Source of the DNA: a virus
DNA length: 64,000 bases
IMG/VR virus record: IMGVR_UViG_3300003321_000691
Span: 43,905 to 107,904 of that record
Reading direction: 5' to 3' (one strand)
The notes beneath the pieces were generated by a model. That model ran no database searches. It was not told the origin of the DNA and worked only from the letters and a program-made list of their open reading frames with translations. How positions within the stretch are numbered: position 1 is the first letter of the stretch; the number at the start of each line of letters is the position of its first letter. The translations under genes were made by a program, and so were the position numbers. Positions 9,258-18,981 of the stretch are shown piece after piece.

Positions 9258-10913
9258 TTAGTCTCCCTTCCGCAGCGCCTCGTGGGCGTCGCGGAGCTGG
9301 TTCTTGTGGTGCTCGTCCATCGCACCCGTGAGTTCCTCTTTCGACATCCCGCGGGCGTCGATCTTGACGTCATTGTGGATGGTGATCTGTTGGCGCAGCT
9401 CGTCCTTGAGCGAGCTAAGATCGGTCGGCTCCGCGTTCGCTTGGGCGGCACGTCGTTCGCGGGCTGCTTTCCAGTACGCCAAAGATCCCGAGAACTGGTC
9501 CGGGTCTAGAGCATCGGGGTCGAACTTCGCTTTCGTGGCCGCACGCGCCGTGATGGTCGCATCCGCGTCGGCCGACTTTTGCGCCTCGGCGAGGGTCTTG
9601 AAGCCGCCAGTCTCGACACGAAGGCCGAGAATTTTCTCGATGGCGCGGGTGAGCTGGATGAGCTGCTTGATGACCGGCAGGTCCGCGATCTCGTCGAAGA
9701 TGCGCTCGAACTTGTCTCGCAGCTCGGTGAACAACGCGATGACGATGCCGAGGATCGGGATCAAGGGCCCGATTGGACCGAGGATATCGGTCCACATACC
9801 CTTGGCCGCCTTCCCGGTCAGCTTCATGATGATCATCCATAGACCGAGGGCGACCAGAAGCACCGTTGTGACGACCTTGATGGCCTTCCCACCGTGCGCA
9901 AAGATCTCCCAAAGCACCTGGATGATGGCGATAATGGCTGTGGCCTTGCCCATGAATCCGCCAAAGCCTTCATGCCACCGCGTCTTCAGCTTCTCGAACG
10001 CTGGGATGAGCGTGTAGGTAATGGCTGCCGCGATGGCGCCAAACAGCGTGATCATGAGGCTCTCGTGCTGTTTGAGGAACGCGACCACGTCGCCCAACGC
10101 GTTGACAAACATCGTCAGTGCCGGGATGATGGCGACGACAATGGCGTCCTTGACCGCGCCCCAGCGAGCGTTGAGGCGCTTCATGGCGCGTTCGTGTTGT
10201 TCGAGCTTCTCGACGTCTTCCTCGCCCATCGTCACGCCGAGTTTCTCCGCCTCCTCGCGAAGGGAGACAATGCCCTCCTTACCTTGGTTCAGGAACGGGA
10301 TTAGCTGCGGGCCGGCACCGCGTCCGAACAGCTGCATCGCGAGCGCGGCCTTCTCGGCCCCGTTCGGCATGTGCTTGAACTTCTCGGCAATCTCTTCGAG
10401 TGCGGCGTCCAGGCCACCGCCTTCGCCGCCGTGCTTGACCGTCTTGCGCAGCTCGTCGGACGAGATCCCGAGCTTGGACAACGCGCTGGAGAACCCCTTG
10501 GCGTGCAGACCTCCGCCTTGGAGGTTGAACGACAGGCGTTGGAGACCAGAGGTCAGCGCCGCCTGCGAAGACCCCGAGACGTCGGCCGCGTAGCCAAGCG
10601 CCTGTACGGCCTCGGTCGTGATGCCGAGGCGCTCGCCCAGGTGCTTGGCCGCGATCGTCGCCTCCATCGTGTGCTCAATCATCTCCTTGATTGATTTCAC
10701 GCCCTCGATGCCCGCGAAGGCCTCTAGGCCTTCTTGCAGCTCCTTGGCGAGACCGCCCTCGCCCTCCTCGCCGCCCTCGCCCTTGTGCTTCTTATGGGCT
10801 TCACCGAGAGCCTCGATGTTCTTGCGAGTCTTCTCGATGACCTCGTTGGCGCGGTTCCACTGCTCCTCGTCGACGTTGAGGCCGATGGTTGCGATTAGCT
10901 CTACGATGTCCAT
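9258..10913 (-). CDS. tape measure protein
   Basis: 551 aa, Ala/Gly-rich helical with hydrophobic middle; follows the tail chaperone. Confidence 0.85.
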   Translation of the reverse strand: MDIVELIATIGLNVDEEQWNRANEVIEKTRKNIEALGEAHKKHKGEGGEEGEGGLAKELQEGLEAFAGIEGVKSIKEMIEHTMEATIAAKHLGERLGITTEAVQALGYAADVSGSSQAALTSGLQRLSFNLQGGGLHAKGFSSALSKLGISSDELRKTVKHGGEGGGLDAALEEIAEKFKHMPNGAEKAALAMQLFGRGAGPQLIPFLNQGKEGIVSLREEAEKLGVTMGEEDVEKLEQHERAMKRLNARWGAVKDAIVVAIIPALTMFVNALGDVVAFLKQHESLMITLFGAIAAAITYTLIPAFEKLKTRWHEGFGGFMGKATAIIAIIQVLWEIFAHGGKAIKVVTTVLLVALGLWMIIMKLTGKAAKGMWTDILGPIGPLIPILGIVIALFTELRDKFERIFDEIADLPVIKQLIQLTRAIEKILGLRVETGGFKTLAEAQKSADADATITARAATKAKFDPDALDPDQFSGSLAYWKAARERRAAQANAEPTDLSSLKDELRQQITIHNDVKIDARGMSKEELTGAMDEHHKNQLRDAHEALRKGD

Positions 10914-10916
10914 GGC

Positions 10917-11207
10917 TTAGTCGTCCCTACGCTGCCGCGTGTGGAGGCGCTCCTCAGCGTCACTCCACTCTTGAACGGCCTCGCACATGTCGAGCACGTC
11001 GTCGATCGAGCGCCCGGTGGCCGGCCACACGGGACCATCCACTTCATCCATGCGGATGCGCTTATCGAGCCACAGGCGGTAGCACGGCCACGCCGCCTCG
11101 ATCTCCGGCCTTAGCTGGAGTGGCTCGCCGGCTGGACGCTTGCGGGCGCGTCGGGGGCGTCCGGTGGGCCGTTTGGCACCACCGCTTGGCTGAATCCGCG
11201 AAAAAAA
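10917..11207 (-). CDS. -1 frameshift extension of tail assembly chaperone (GT product)
   Basis: GAT TTT TTT (A7 at 11201-11207 on +); the -1 frame is open to TAA at 10917, encoding ..SIDDVLDMCEAV.. Confidence 0.7.
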   Translation of the reverse strand, partial: FFSRIQPSGGAKRPTGRPRRARKRPAGEPLQLRPEIEAAWPCYRLWLDKRIRMDEVDGPVWPATGRSIDDVLDMCEAVQEWSDAEERLHTRQRRDD

Positions 11208-11590
11208 TCGCGGAAGTTCACCTCCACGGCGAACGCCATGAGCTTGAACAGGAGCATGAGGTCTCCTGCGCAGACACCGTTGATCTGGTCGACGCTCTGT
11301 AGTGGGACGGCGCGGCCGTGCGAGACGACCAGGGTACCTTCCAGCACCTGAGAGGCCAGCGATTCGATCTCGTCGGGGTCCAGCGTCTCGGACAGACGCA
11401 TCAGGGCCGGCACTAGCGAGGCGACGTCGGACTTGAGCTTGATGCCCTTGAGCGAGCCCAGGGCTGGGCCCATGAGCTTGCCCAGACGAGCCAGCAAACG
11501 GAAGCTACGGAGGGCTGGAAGCTGAGTGGTCTTGACGAGCACCGAGCTGCCATCTTCTCCAGTGAACGTGCGTTCCTCGGTCTTCTGCAC
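11111..11590 (-). CDS. tail assembly chaperone (G)
   Basis: between tube and TMP; ends ..VNFRDFF across a T7 slippery run. Confidence 0.8.
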   Translation of the reverse strand: MQKTEERTFTGEDGSSVLVKTTQLPALRSFRLLARLGKLMGPALGSLKGIKLKSDVASLVPALMRLSETLDPDEIESLASQVLEGTLVVSHGRAVPLQSVDQINGVCAGDLMLLFKLMAFAVEVNFRDFFRGFSQAVVPNGPPDAPDAPASVQPASHSS

Positions 11591-11593
11591 GAC

Positions 11594-12040
11594 CTATTCT
11601 CCGAAGCCGTCGCCGAGGTCCATGTCGATGGCCTCGCAGTCGAGCGTCCACTCACGTGCCGGGAGGTCCTTGCCGTAGGACGCATTGGCGACCTTCTGGA
11701 TCCACGCGTTGGTGGCGTGGAGGCGCGTCAGGTCCGAGAGGCTCTTGACCATGCACGGCATGACGTCAGCGGTCGTCAGCGTCTCGGCCTCACCCAGCGA
11801 GTGGATGCCCGAGAGGATGGCGTTGGACGGCGACGTGACCATCAAGGTGAACTTGATGGAGCCGGCGCGGTTACGGTTCTTGACGCGAGCCACGCCGCCC
11901 GTCGCGCCGACCTTCTTGGTGAAGGCGGCCTCGTCGCGCTGAGCTTCGATGAACGTACCGTCCATGAAGCCCGAGATGACGTAGGGGCCGAACGTCAGGA
12001 TGACGCCAAGTGGGTCGTACTGGCTGAAGGGGACTGCCAC
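11594..12040 (-). CDS. tail tube protein (DUF3277-like)
   Basis: YDP..ISGF..VGATG..TSPSN..REW motifs; follows sheath. Confidence 0.8.
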   Translation of the reverse strand: MAVPFSQYDPLGVILTFGPYVISGFMDGTFIEAQRDEAAFTKKVGATGGVARVKNRNRAGSIKFTLMVTSPSNAILSGIHSLGEAETLTTADVMPCMVKSLSDLTRLHATNAWIQKVANASYGKDLPAREWTLDCEAIDMDLGDGFGE

Positions 12041-12049
12041 GGGGATTCC

Positions 12050-13669
12050 TTACAGGGAGACGGTGCCCTGGACGTTGGTCTTGTGGATGGCGCCCGACCG
12101 GGTCGCGTTCCACTTGACGTTGTTGAGGGTGCGGGTCGCCTTGTCCGTGCTCGCGACGTTCGCGACCAGCGGCACGGTGATCGTTGGCGCCGGCTTGGCC
12201 GCGTAGATCTTGCGCCGCACGGCCTCCTTGAGAGTGGCGATGACCGCCGCCTCGATGCGTGCGATGCCGGAGTCTTCGTATTCGACCTTGTCGCCACCAG
12301 CCTCGACGTTGAACACGCGAACCTGCATGTCGTTGGCCACCCAGTCGTCACCGACGATGGCGTCCATGAACTCGCCATCCGCGCACGTACCCTCGAAGGT
12401 GATCGAGAGGCCGGCCACCAGCTGGATGCTGTTGCCCTGGCGAGCGCGGAGGTTGGTCTTCTGCGTGGTCGTGAATGTCACCGACGAGACGCCGGCCAGC
12501 GGCTTGAACTTCCAAGTAGCCGAGCCTGGGTCCTTCGGGAGCATCTTGCCGAGCCACGCCGGGCCGGCCATCTGCGCCGGAATCGGGTGGTAGATCGCCA
12601 TCGTGCGCGTGTACGCGAGGGTGTGAAGCGCGTCGATCGTGTCCGCCGAGCCGCCGGTGCCACCCGTGACGGTGAGCGCCGCGGTCTCGCAGACCTGCGG
12701 GATGTAGATCTTGCGGCCGGCGCCCTCCGTCCAGGCAGCCGCAGCCGTGACGACAGCCTGGCTGTTGAAGATCGTCGAGAGGGCGTACCAGTCCGTGGTC
12801 GAGGCCAGAGCGATGGCGTTGAGGTCCGCCGTGACGCCCGGGTCGGCGTGCGTCTGCTTGTTCGAGAGCAACGCCGGGTCATTCACGGCGAGCGAGAACC
12901 AGTTGCCGGCGGCAAGGCCGGTCACGGTCATGGTCAGGCTGCCGGCCGAGCCTGTGGTGGCCGCGGTGTAGTTCGCGCCGGTGACTGCGTTGAGCTGGGC
13001 GACGAGCTGCTGGATGACGACGTCCTGGTTGGTCGCACCGCGGAGCAGAGTCTGCGTGCCCGAGCCCGTGGTCGTGATGTCGATCGCCGTCGGGACCAGA
13101 GCGTTCGCCTTGGAGGTCGCGAGCTTGATGGTGTTCGCGTCGACGACGATGACCCAATACGGGGTGTTGGCCGTCAGCGGCGCCGGCAAGCCGCCGCCGG
13201 AGTTGGAGATGTAGTAGGGGCCGTCGCCCGAGGCCATGCCGTGGGCCGTGGCGACGATAGTGTCAGCGGCCGGGGTCACGGTACCGAGCGTGACGTCCGC
13301 CAGCGTCGTGAAGCTCGCCGTCGACGAGGTCACGCCACGACCAGCGACCGAGATCGCGTAGGTGGTGCCGGCAGCGCCGAACGTGTTCAGACCGATCGCG
13401 TACGCCTGGGTCGGCTTGTTCACGCCGCGGCCAATAGCCACCTGCACCGGGCGAGGGGTTTGCGAGAACGCAGCGTTGGCCGCGAGGTACTCCGGCGAGT
13501 CGGTGGCGAAGCCGTCCGACACCATGCCAGGGAGGTCGCTGTAGTAGCGAATGCGATCCGGCCAGGTCGCGCTGTAGCCCAGAATCATCTGGGTACCGAA
13601 CCCGATCTGGGAGATACCTACCTGATCCCGGGTGATTGAGATGGTTACGTAGTCGTCCAGGGTCGCCAT
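12050..13669 (-). CDS. tail sheath protein (DUF3383-like) with inserted domain
   Basis: FSQTPRP, PGSATWKFKPLAGV, SGAIH motifs. Confidence 0.85.
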   Translation of the reverse strand: MATLDDYVTISITRDQVGISQIGFGTQMILGYSATWPDRIRYYSDLPGMVSDGFATDSPEYLAANAAFSQTPRPVQVAIGRGVNKPTQAYAIGLNTFGAAGTTYAISVAGRGVTSSTASFTTLADVTLGTVTPAADTIVATAHGMASGDGPYYISNSGGGLPAPLTANTPYWVIVVDANTIKLATSKANALVPTAIDITTTGSGTQTLLRGATNQDVVIQQLVAQLNAVTGANYTAATTGSAGSLTMTVTGLAAGNWFSLAVNDPALLSNKQTHADPGVTADLNAIALASTTDWYALSTIFNSQAVVTAAAAWTEGAGRKIYIPQVCETAALTVTGGTGGSADTIDALHTLAYTRTMAIYHPIPAQMAGPAWLGKMLPKDPGSATWKFKPLAGVSSVTFTTTQKTNLRARQGNSIQLVAGLSITFEGTCADGEFMDAIVGDDWVANDMQVRVFNVEAGGDKVEYEDSGIARIEAAVIATLKEAVRRKIYAAKPAPTITVPLVANVASTDKATRTLNNVKWNATRSGAIHKTNVQGTVSL

Positions 13670-13714
13670 GGGGTACTCCGAGAGCTTGGCATGATTATTG
13701 CACTAGTCGAGGGT

Positions 13715-14560
13715 TCAAGGGAGAACCCAGGTTACGGGCGTTTCCACCACGCCATCGACGGTGGGGGTCGCCACCACCCGCTCGATGTAGGTGTCCGGAT
13801 CCTGGACCTCGCTCTTGAGCGACAAGGTCAGCGTGAGCGTCGCCCTGGGCTCCAGGACGGTTGCGTTGATGGTGCCGTCCGTCGAGCTGACGCCGCTGGT
13901 CTGCATCACGCCTACGCCCGCCGCCCGGAGGAGGGCTGCGCGGCGCGGAAGCGCGCTCACAACCGCGTCGAGTAGTGCGGTGGGAGACGCAGAGCCCTCG
14001 GCGTTGCCGCCGTAGCACTGGACCGAAACCGTGACGCGACGCATGCCGCGGGAGAGTGCACTCAGCTCGGCGCCCGCCTTGCGCGTCGCCACTACTGCCA
14101 CTACCTGGATGGTGCCCGAGCCGGCCGAGGTGATATCGACCGTGATCGGAACCCAGGCGTTCTGGAACGTCGACGCGAGCTTGAAGTGATCGGCGTCGAC
14201 TGGGACGATCCAGTAGTTCGTCAGCGCAGCAAGTCCGGCCGGGACAGCGCCGGACGAAGTCACTTGGATAGGGCCGTCGCCCTGTGCGAGACCGTGCCCA
14301 ACGCAAGTGAGCGTGTCTGCTGTGGTATCTACGGCCGTAACGGTCTTCGCGGCGAATGTCAGAGGCGCATCCGTGTAGTCGGTCCAGTCGATGCCCTGGC
14401 GGAGGATCGTCATGACACGCATGCCAACGAAGGGCGTCGGCGGGCGTTGGTCGCCCTGGAGATTCCAGATGACCGACGAGCCAACAATGCCGGTCGCGTC
14501 GGAAATACAGTCGTGGATGGCGTCCTCCACCGTCGACCATGGGATGCCCGGGCCGCTCAT
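13715..14560 (-). CDS. neck / tail-terminator protein with inserted domain
   Basis: VIWNLQGDQRPPTPF motif; position before sheath; start overlaps upstream stop. Confidence 0.7.
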   Translation of the reverse strand: MSGPGIPWSTVEDAIHDCISDATGIVGSSVIWNLQGDQRPPTPFVGMRVMTILRQGIDWTDYTDAPLTFAAKTVTAVDTTADTLTCVGHGLAQGDGPIQVTSSGAVPAGLAALTNYWIVPVDADHFKLASTFQNAWVPITVDITSAGSGTIQVVAVVATRKAGAELSALSRGMRRVTVSVQCYGGNAEGSASPTALLDAVVSALPRRAALLRAAGVGVMQTSGVSSTDGTINATVLEPRATLTLTLSLKSEVQDPDTYIERVVATPTVDGVVETPVTWVLP

Positions 14561-14937
14561 GGGTTGACCTTTCGGGCGATGCGCACGCGCCAGTGGGAGT
14601 CGCCATCGAGTGTCCACTTCTCGACGGAGCGGACTACCCACGGCTCCGCGATCCCGTTATCGTTGGGGATCATGACCTCGTCGGGTGCGGTGTCCACGTC
14701 GCGCGTAGCGAGCCGAGTCGCGGTGTAGAGCCACTGCTGCTGCTCGCCGCGCTGAGACTCTTCGAGCACCAAGAGATCACGTCCCGAGAGGGGTTCGACC
14801 ACAGCCACGATCGAAAACGTCGACGGCGTGCCGGCGAGCTTGCGGCCCTTGTCGTCGTAGCCGGGCGTGGCTGGCTTGATCCGGTTGACCTTGTAGGTCC
14901 CGGTTGCGAATGAGTCGATGACGTCTAGCAGGCCCAT
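14557..14937 (-). CDS. head closure (stopper) protein
   Basis: VEPLSGRDLLVLEESQR motif; neck-module position. Confidence 0.7.
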   Translation of the reverse strand: MGLLDVIDSFATGTYKVNRIKPATPGYDDKGRKLAGTPSTFSIVAVVEPLSGRDLLVLEESQRGEQQQWLYTATRLATRDVDTAPDEVMIPNDNGIAEPWVVRSVEKWTLDGDSHWRVRIARKVNP

Positions 14938-14939
14938 GG

Positions 14940-15476
14940 CTACTCCTCGCCCCCGCTCTCACCTTCGCCCGCGCCCTCGCCAGACTCAGCCGTGGCGGTC
15001 ACGCCTTCGACCTTCCAGCTAATCGCGTTCAGGAGCTGCCCTTGGTCGACGAGGGTGACATGGCTGCCCTTGCGTTTGATCGTGCGGCGTCCGGCCTCAG
15101 ACTCGGCGAGTCGGGGTACGACTTGCTCAGAAGTGATGGTGTTCTTGATGGCCGTCGAGACGAAGGTGCCGAGTAGGCCGAGAGCCTCGGACAGTTCGAT
15201 CTTTGCCTTGAGGTACGAGACCGCGATCCGGCTGGTCTGCTTCTTGATGTCATCTCGGCGCAGCTCGAACGTGCGTCGGATGAAACTGCGCTCCGGGATG
15301 TGCGCAGCTGGCGAGCCGAACTCGTGGATGGCGGCAAGCTCGACCATCGAGATGCCCGATTCGTGCTGCCCCGATGACGCCAGGACGCCGACTTTGACCT
15401 TCGCGCCCTCGGCCATCGCAGCGCGCACCTTGGCGCGGAGCTGTTTCCAGCCCTTGAGGTTGACGTGCGATGGCAC
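14940..15476 (-). CDS. neck protein (HK97 gp10-like)
   Basis: VKVGV..AAIHEFG..IPERSFIR..TIKRKGS..LVDQGQL. Confidence 0.8.
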   Translation of the reverse strand: MPSHVNLKGWKQLRAKVRAAMAEGAKVKVGVLASSGQHESGISMVELAAIHEFGSPAAHIPERSFIRRTFELRRDDIKKQTSRIAVSYLKAKIELSEALGLLGTFVSTAIKNTITSEQVVPRLAESEAGRRTIKRKGSHVTLVDQGQLLNAISWKVEGVTATAESGEGAGEGESGGEE

Positions 15477-15477
15477 G

Positions 15478-15882
15478 CTACCCGTCCCAGCCCGGGTCCG
15501 ACGGTCCCAGGCCACCCGCGTTGAGCACGAGGCCCGCACGAGCTGCGGTGGTCTTGGCGAGCCCCATGTAGAGCGTGCCGTACGACGTCAGCACCAGCGA
15601 AGTCTTGTAGCCGAGCATGGGGTTGCTGTACGACCGCGACAGTCCACCCGCCGACTCCGACGCGACCATGCCCACACGGCCTCGCATGCGGCCGAGGGTC
15701 GCGAGATGCGCGGCGTAGTAGATACGTCCGGCACGCAGCTTGGGCGAATCCTCTCCGCCCCACACGTCGACCGCGAGGTGTGAGTTGGCGACCGCGAGGA
15801 TGACTTCCTGCGCGATCGGTGTGACCACGTCGCCCGCTAGCTCGGGCGCGACGGCCTGCACGTCTTCCCAGGTGATAGCCAT
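15478..15882 (-). CDS. head-tail adaptor (DUF4054-like)
   Basis: APEL, YAAHL, SESAGGLSRSY, TSYG motifs. Confidence 0.8.
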   Translation of the reverse strand: MAITWEDVQAVAPELAGDVVTPIAQEVILAVANSHLAVDVWGGEDSPKLRAGRIYYAAHLATLGRMRGRVGMVASESAGGLSRSYSNPMLGYKTSLVLTSYGTLYMGLAKTTAARAGLVLNAGGLGPSDPGWDG

Positions 15883-16859
15883 TACGATGCCGCCGGGGTC
15901 GGGGTTAGGATGGCGTTGCCGCCGGCCGAGTCCTGTAGGACTGAGATGACCGCGCCAAGCGATCCGTCGACGGGGACATACGTGTTAGCTGGGATGTAGG
16001 TCGAGCCGTTGCCTTTGGTCGCGACCGTCGACGTGGTGATGCCGCCGTTGTTGGTCGTGATGTCGATCGCCGTGCCAGCCGACGCGTTGGCGTAGGTGGT
16101 CGCGAGTTGGAACGTCGTCGCCGATGTTGCGATGACGAAGTAGGTCGTCGAGGCCGAGAGCCCAGTCGGGAGCGTGCCGTCTACCCAGCCCTGCGTGAGC
16201 AGTGGATTCACGGTGAACGGCGTCGTGACGCGGGCGCGGATGAAGTAGAGCTGCGCCGAGCCGTTGATGCTGGTCGTGGCCCAGTCGGCCGGCGCTGTGG
16301 ACACGACGGTGTACGTGCCCGCCGCCGCCTTGAAGCTGTTCGTGTTGTCGGTGACGCCCGAGAGCGCGGTCCAGGCCGACCCATTCCAGTACTCCCAGAC
16401 CACTACGCCAACGGTGCCGGCGGTACCGATCTGGAGCTTGAGCGGGCCGTAGGTTGTCGTGTACCCAACAGCGAAGTAGTCGTTGGCGACGCCCGTCGCG
16501 AAGGGTGTCACGTCGTTCGCGGTCGCATTGTTGAGCGCCGTCGTGACGTCGACGATGGCACCGCCCGCCGCGATCTGGAACGCCTTGGATACGGCCGTGT
16601 CGCCGAGCGCAGCCACCTGGAGTGGGAAGCCTGTGGCCAGGCCGTGTGCCAGCGCCGTGGTTAGGGTGTCCGAGGACGCGCTGACTGACTGCACGGCCGT
16701 GTTCGCGCCACCCTGGGCAATCCAACCGTTGGAGGTGAGGACCAGGCTGTACTTCTTCCGCCCCATTTGGGTGTCGGTCTGGTAGCCGGTGACGTTGCCC
16801 GGGGTCGCCGTATAGGCAGCGACGATCGAGCCAGCTGGGTAGAGAGGGTAGAAGGACAT
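15882..16859 (-). CDS. virion structural / decoration protein
   Basis: Thr/Gly-rich; carries the same insert domain as sheath and neck. Confidence 0.65.
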   Translation of the reverse strand: MSFYPLYPAGSIVAAYTATPGNVTGYQTDTQMGRKKYSLVLTSNGWIAQGGANTAVQSVSASSDTLTTALAHGLATGFPLQVAALGDTAVSKAFQIAAGGAIVDVTTALNNATANDVTPFATGVANDYFAVGYTTTYGPLKLQIGTAGTVGVVVWEYWNGSAWTALSGVTDNTNSFKAAAGTYTVVSTAPADWATTSINGSAQLYFIRARVTTPFTVNPLLTQGWVDGTLPTGLSASTTYFVIATSATTFQLATTYANASAGTAIDITTNNGGITTSTVATKGNGSTYIPANTYVPVDGSLGAVISVLQDSAGGNAILTPTPAAS

Positions 16860-16920
16860 GGTGCTCCTGAAATGACGAAGGCCCCGGAGGAACCCCGATG
16901 GGGCCGCCGGGGCCTATATG
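16860..16920 (-). terminator. probable intrinsic terminator after the capsid gene
   Basis: minus strand GGCCCCGG..CCGGGGCC stem (internal CCCC/GGGG) followed by TTCGTCATTT. Confidence 0.45.
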
Positions 16921-16938
16921 GGCTAGGTGCCCAAGACG

Positions 16939-18006
16939 TTAGTCGGTCGAGTCGGTAATGCCGTCGCCGTACGAGATGCTCGCCGGGTGCATCGCGACAA
17001 CGCCGCCGGTGCGCATGTGGCAGAGAGTCTTGTACTCCCAGCCCGACTGCTGCGGAGGCAGCTGCTCGAACTCGACCGGGAGGAGGCACACGAGGCGCTC
17101 CGGGCTCTTGTCGTAGCAGACCATGCGGCCCGTCGAACCCGACCAGTTACCCGACTGGCTCTGGTCCAGGCGGTACGTCGGACGCACTTCCTGGATGAAC
17201 GGGTTGGTGTCCTCGAAGAAGGACAGGATGGTCTGGTTCGAGCCATCACCCATGCGGCGCGTCGCGGCAATTTGGTACGCCTTGAGCGGGAGGAGCAGGG
17301 TGGTCGGCTGGTAGACGCCGAAGCTCGACGTCACGACGTTGTTGACGAAGTTGTGCATGTCGAGCACGATTTCGTCCGCCGTCTTGTCGCGCCAGAGCTT
17401 GGTGCCCTTCGCGCCGTTGGCGACCGTGAACGAGGTCGTGTTCGAGAGGGTGGTGAGACCCTTGAGGCCGCCGGCCGTATCACCGTAGAAGATGATCTGG
17501 TCGATCTTCAGCTCCATCGCGTAGCGCGCGGCCATCGCCTTGCGTACGTCCAGGGGCAGCTGGGCCATCATGCCGGCGCGCAGCTCCTGGAAGTTGTAGC
17601 CGTACATGACGCCGTACGGCTTGATGAGCTGCGTGCTCTCGGCACCCTTCACGTCAGCGCGGGGCGGGTCCTGCGCGTAGTCGTCGACCAGGGCGGCAGC
17701 GCCGACCTTATCGAACGAACGGTAGGTCCAGAGGCTCGCGCCAGGGCCCATCGACGAGTCGATTGGCACGAGCGACTTGCCTTCGAGGCGGGGGTACAGG
17801 ACTTCCAGGAGGCCTGGACGGATGTACTCCAGCTGGCGTGCAAACCAGATGGACTCCGAGGCGTCACGGTGGGAGATGCCCTGGAGCAGCCACTGCTGCT
17901 TCGCGTTGCAGCCGTCGAAGCGAGCGTCGCGCGGGACGAACGTCTGCGAGGCCGAGAGCATCTTGCTGTGACGCTCTGGAGAGAACTGGGTGTGCGTGAA
18001 GGCCAT
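16939..18006 (-). CDS. major capsid protein (DUF2184-like, HK97 fold)
   Basis: WFARQLEYI, YGYNFQELRA, FYGD..GL, RTGGV..P motifs. Confidence 0.9.
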   Translation of the reverse strand: MAFTHTQFSPERHSKMLSASQTFVPRDARFDGCNAKQQWLLQGISHRDASESIWFARQLEYIRPGLLEVLYPRLEGKSLVPIDSSMGPGASLWTYRSFDKVGAAALVDDYAQDPPRADVKGAESTQLIKPYGVMYGYNFQELRAGMMAQLPLDVRKAMAARYAMELKIDQIIFYGDTAGGLKGLTTLSNTTSFTVANGAKGTKLWRDKTADEIVLDMHNFVNNVVTSSFGVYQPTTLLLPLKAYQIAATRRMGDGSNQTILSFFEDTNPFIQEVRPTYRLDQSQSGNWSGSTGRMVCYDKSPERLVCLLPVEFEQLPPQQSGWEYKTLCHMRTGGVVAMHPASISYGDGITDSTD

Positions 18007-18027
18007 GATGGTTTTTCCGTACGTGCG

Positions 18028-18429
18028 TTACAGGAGACGGCAGTGAGCGACGAAGCGCGTGCCAATGGGAAGGTTGGCGGCGGTGCCGTTCTTGGTGCAG
18101 ACGACCTTGAGGACGTCGCCCTTGGCGCCGCTGATGGAAGTGCCTGGCGTACCCTGGCCGAATGCGAGGTCGGCGAGAGTGCCGACGCCCGACGGGGTCA
18201 GGTCCACGGTCGACAGGACTGTCGCACCGGCTTGGAGCGTGATGGTGTAGCGGTTCGACGCATCGGCCGTGTAGCCGCCCGGAAACTCGCACTCGAAGGA
18301 GTCGACGATGTAGTCGCGCTCCATCGTGCACAGAGCCAGCGACGTGGTCGCGGAGATCGCAGCCACTGCCGAGCAATCCGGGAGGACGCGTTCGGCGAGC
18401 GTGGTGTTTGTGCGGCGTGGGGTAGCCAT
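18028..18429 (-). CDS. small head-associated protein
   Basis: 133-aa ORF with RBS between decoration and capsid genes. Confidence 0.6.
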   Translation of the reverse strand: MATPRRTNTTLAERVLPDCSAVAAISATTSLALCTMERDYIVDSFECEFPGGYTADASNRYTITLQAGATVLSTVDLTPSGVGTLADLAFGQGTPGTSISGAKGDVLKVVCTKNGTAANLPIGTRFVAHCRLL

Positions 18430-18448
18430 GGTGGATCAGCTCCTGGAG

Positions 18449-18979
18449 CTACTTGTTGCGGAAGTCGACTTCGAGGAGCGCGACCTGGCCAGCGGTCGCA
18501 ACCGAGAGCCACTGGCCCATGTTGGTCGCGTCGATGCAGGTCGAACCACCGGCGTCCGTCGAACGCGCGGCGCCGAGCGTGCCACCCGCGTAGCGGATGA
18601 ATAGGCGGTCACCGACGTTGCAGCCGTCTTCGCAGGTCACATAGATGCGACCGGCGCGGAGGCAGCTGAATGGGATGCCGACGACGAGGCCCGTCGAGTC
18701 CAACTCGCCAACGGTCGTACCGTCCGGGAGGGTGAACGTACGCTCGTAGTTGTGGCGGTGGATGATGACGCCCGCGATCTTGGCGGTCGACGCTGCTGGG
18801 AGGATCGAGTCCTCCGCCGACGCAGGGCTCGACGTCTTGAACGCTACGATGGCGCCGAACGGCATCGACGCCGAGGCTTCCGAGTTACGCAGCGTGAAGC
18901 TGCTCATCGGGTTGGCGTCGGCGAGCATGCCTGCGAAGGCAACTGCCGGGGCGACAGGGACTGAGGTCTGGACGGCCAT
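18449..18979 (-). CDS. head decoration / cement protein
   Basis: AFAGMLAD, PFG, GRIYV motifs; between protease and capsid genes. Confidence 0.75.
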   Translation of the reverse strand: MAVQTSVPVAPAVAFAGMLADANPMSSFTLRNSEASASMPFGAIVAFKTSSPASAEDSILPAASTAKIAGVIIHRHNYERTFTLPDGTTVGELDSTGLVVGIPFSCLRAGRIYVTCEDGCNVGDRLFIRYAGGTLGAARSTDAGGSTCIDATNMGQWLSVATAGQVALLEVDFRNK

Positions 18980-18981
18980 GA

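Noticed and set aside
11201-11207. Slippery site as a novelty
   Set aside because: Standard tail-chaperone -1 frameshift; listed as a feature only.
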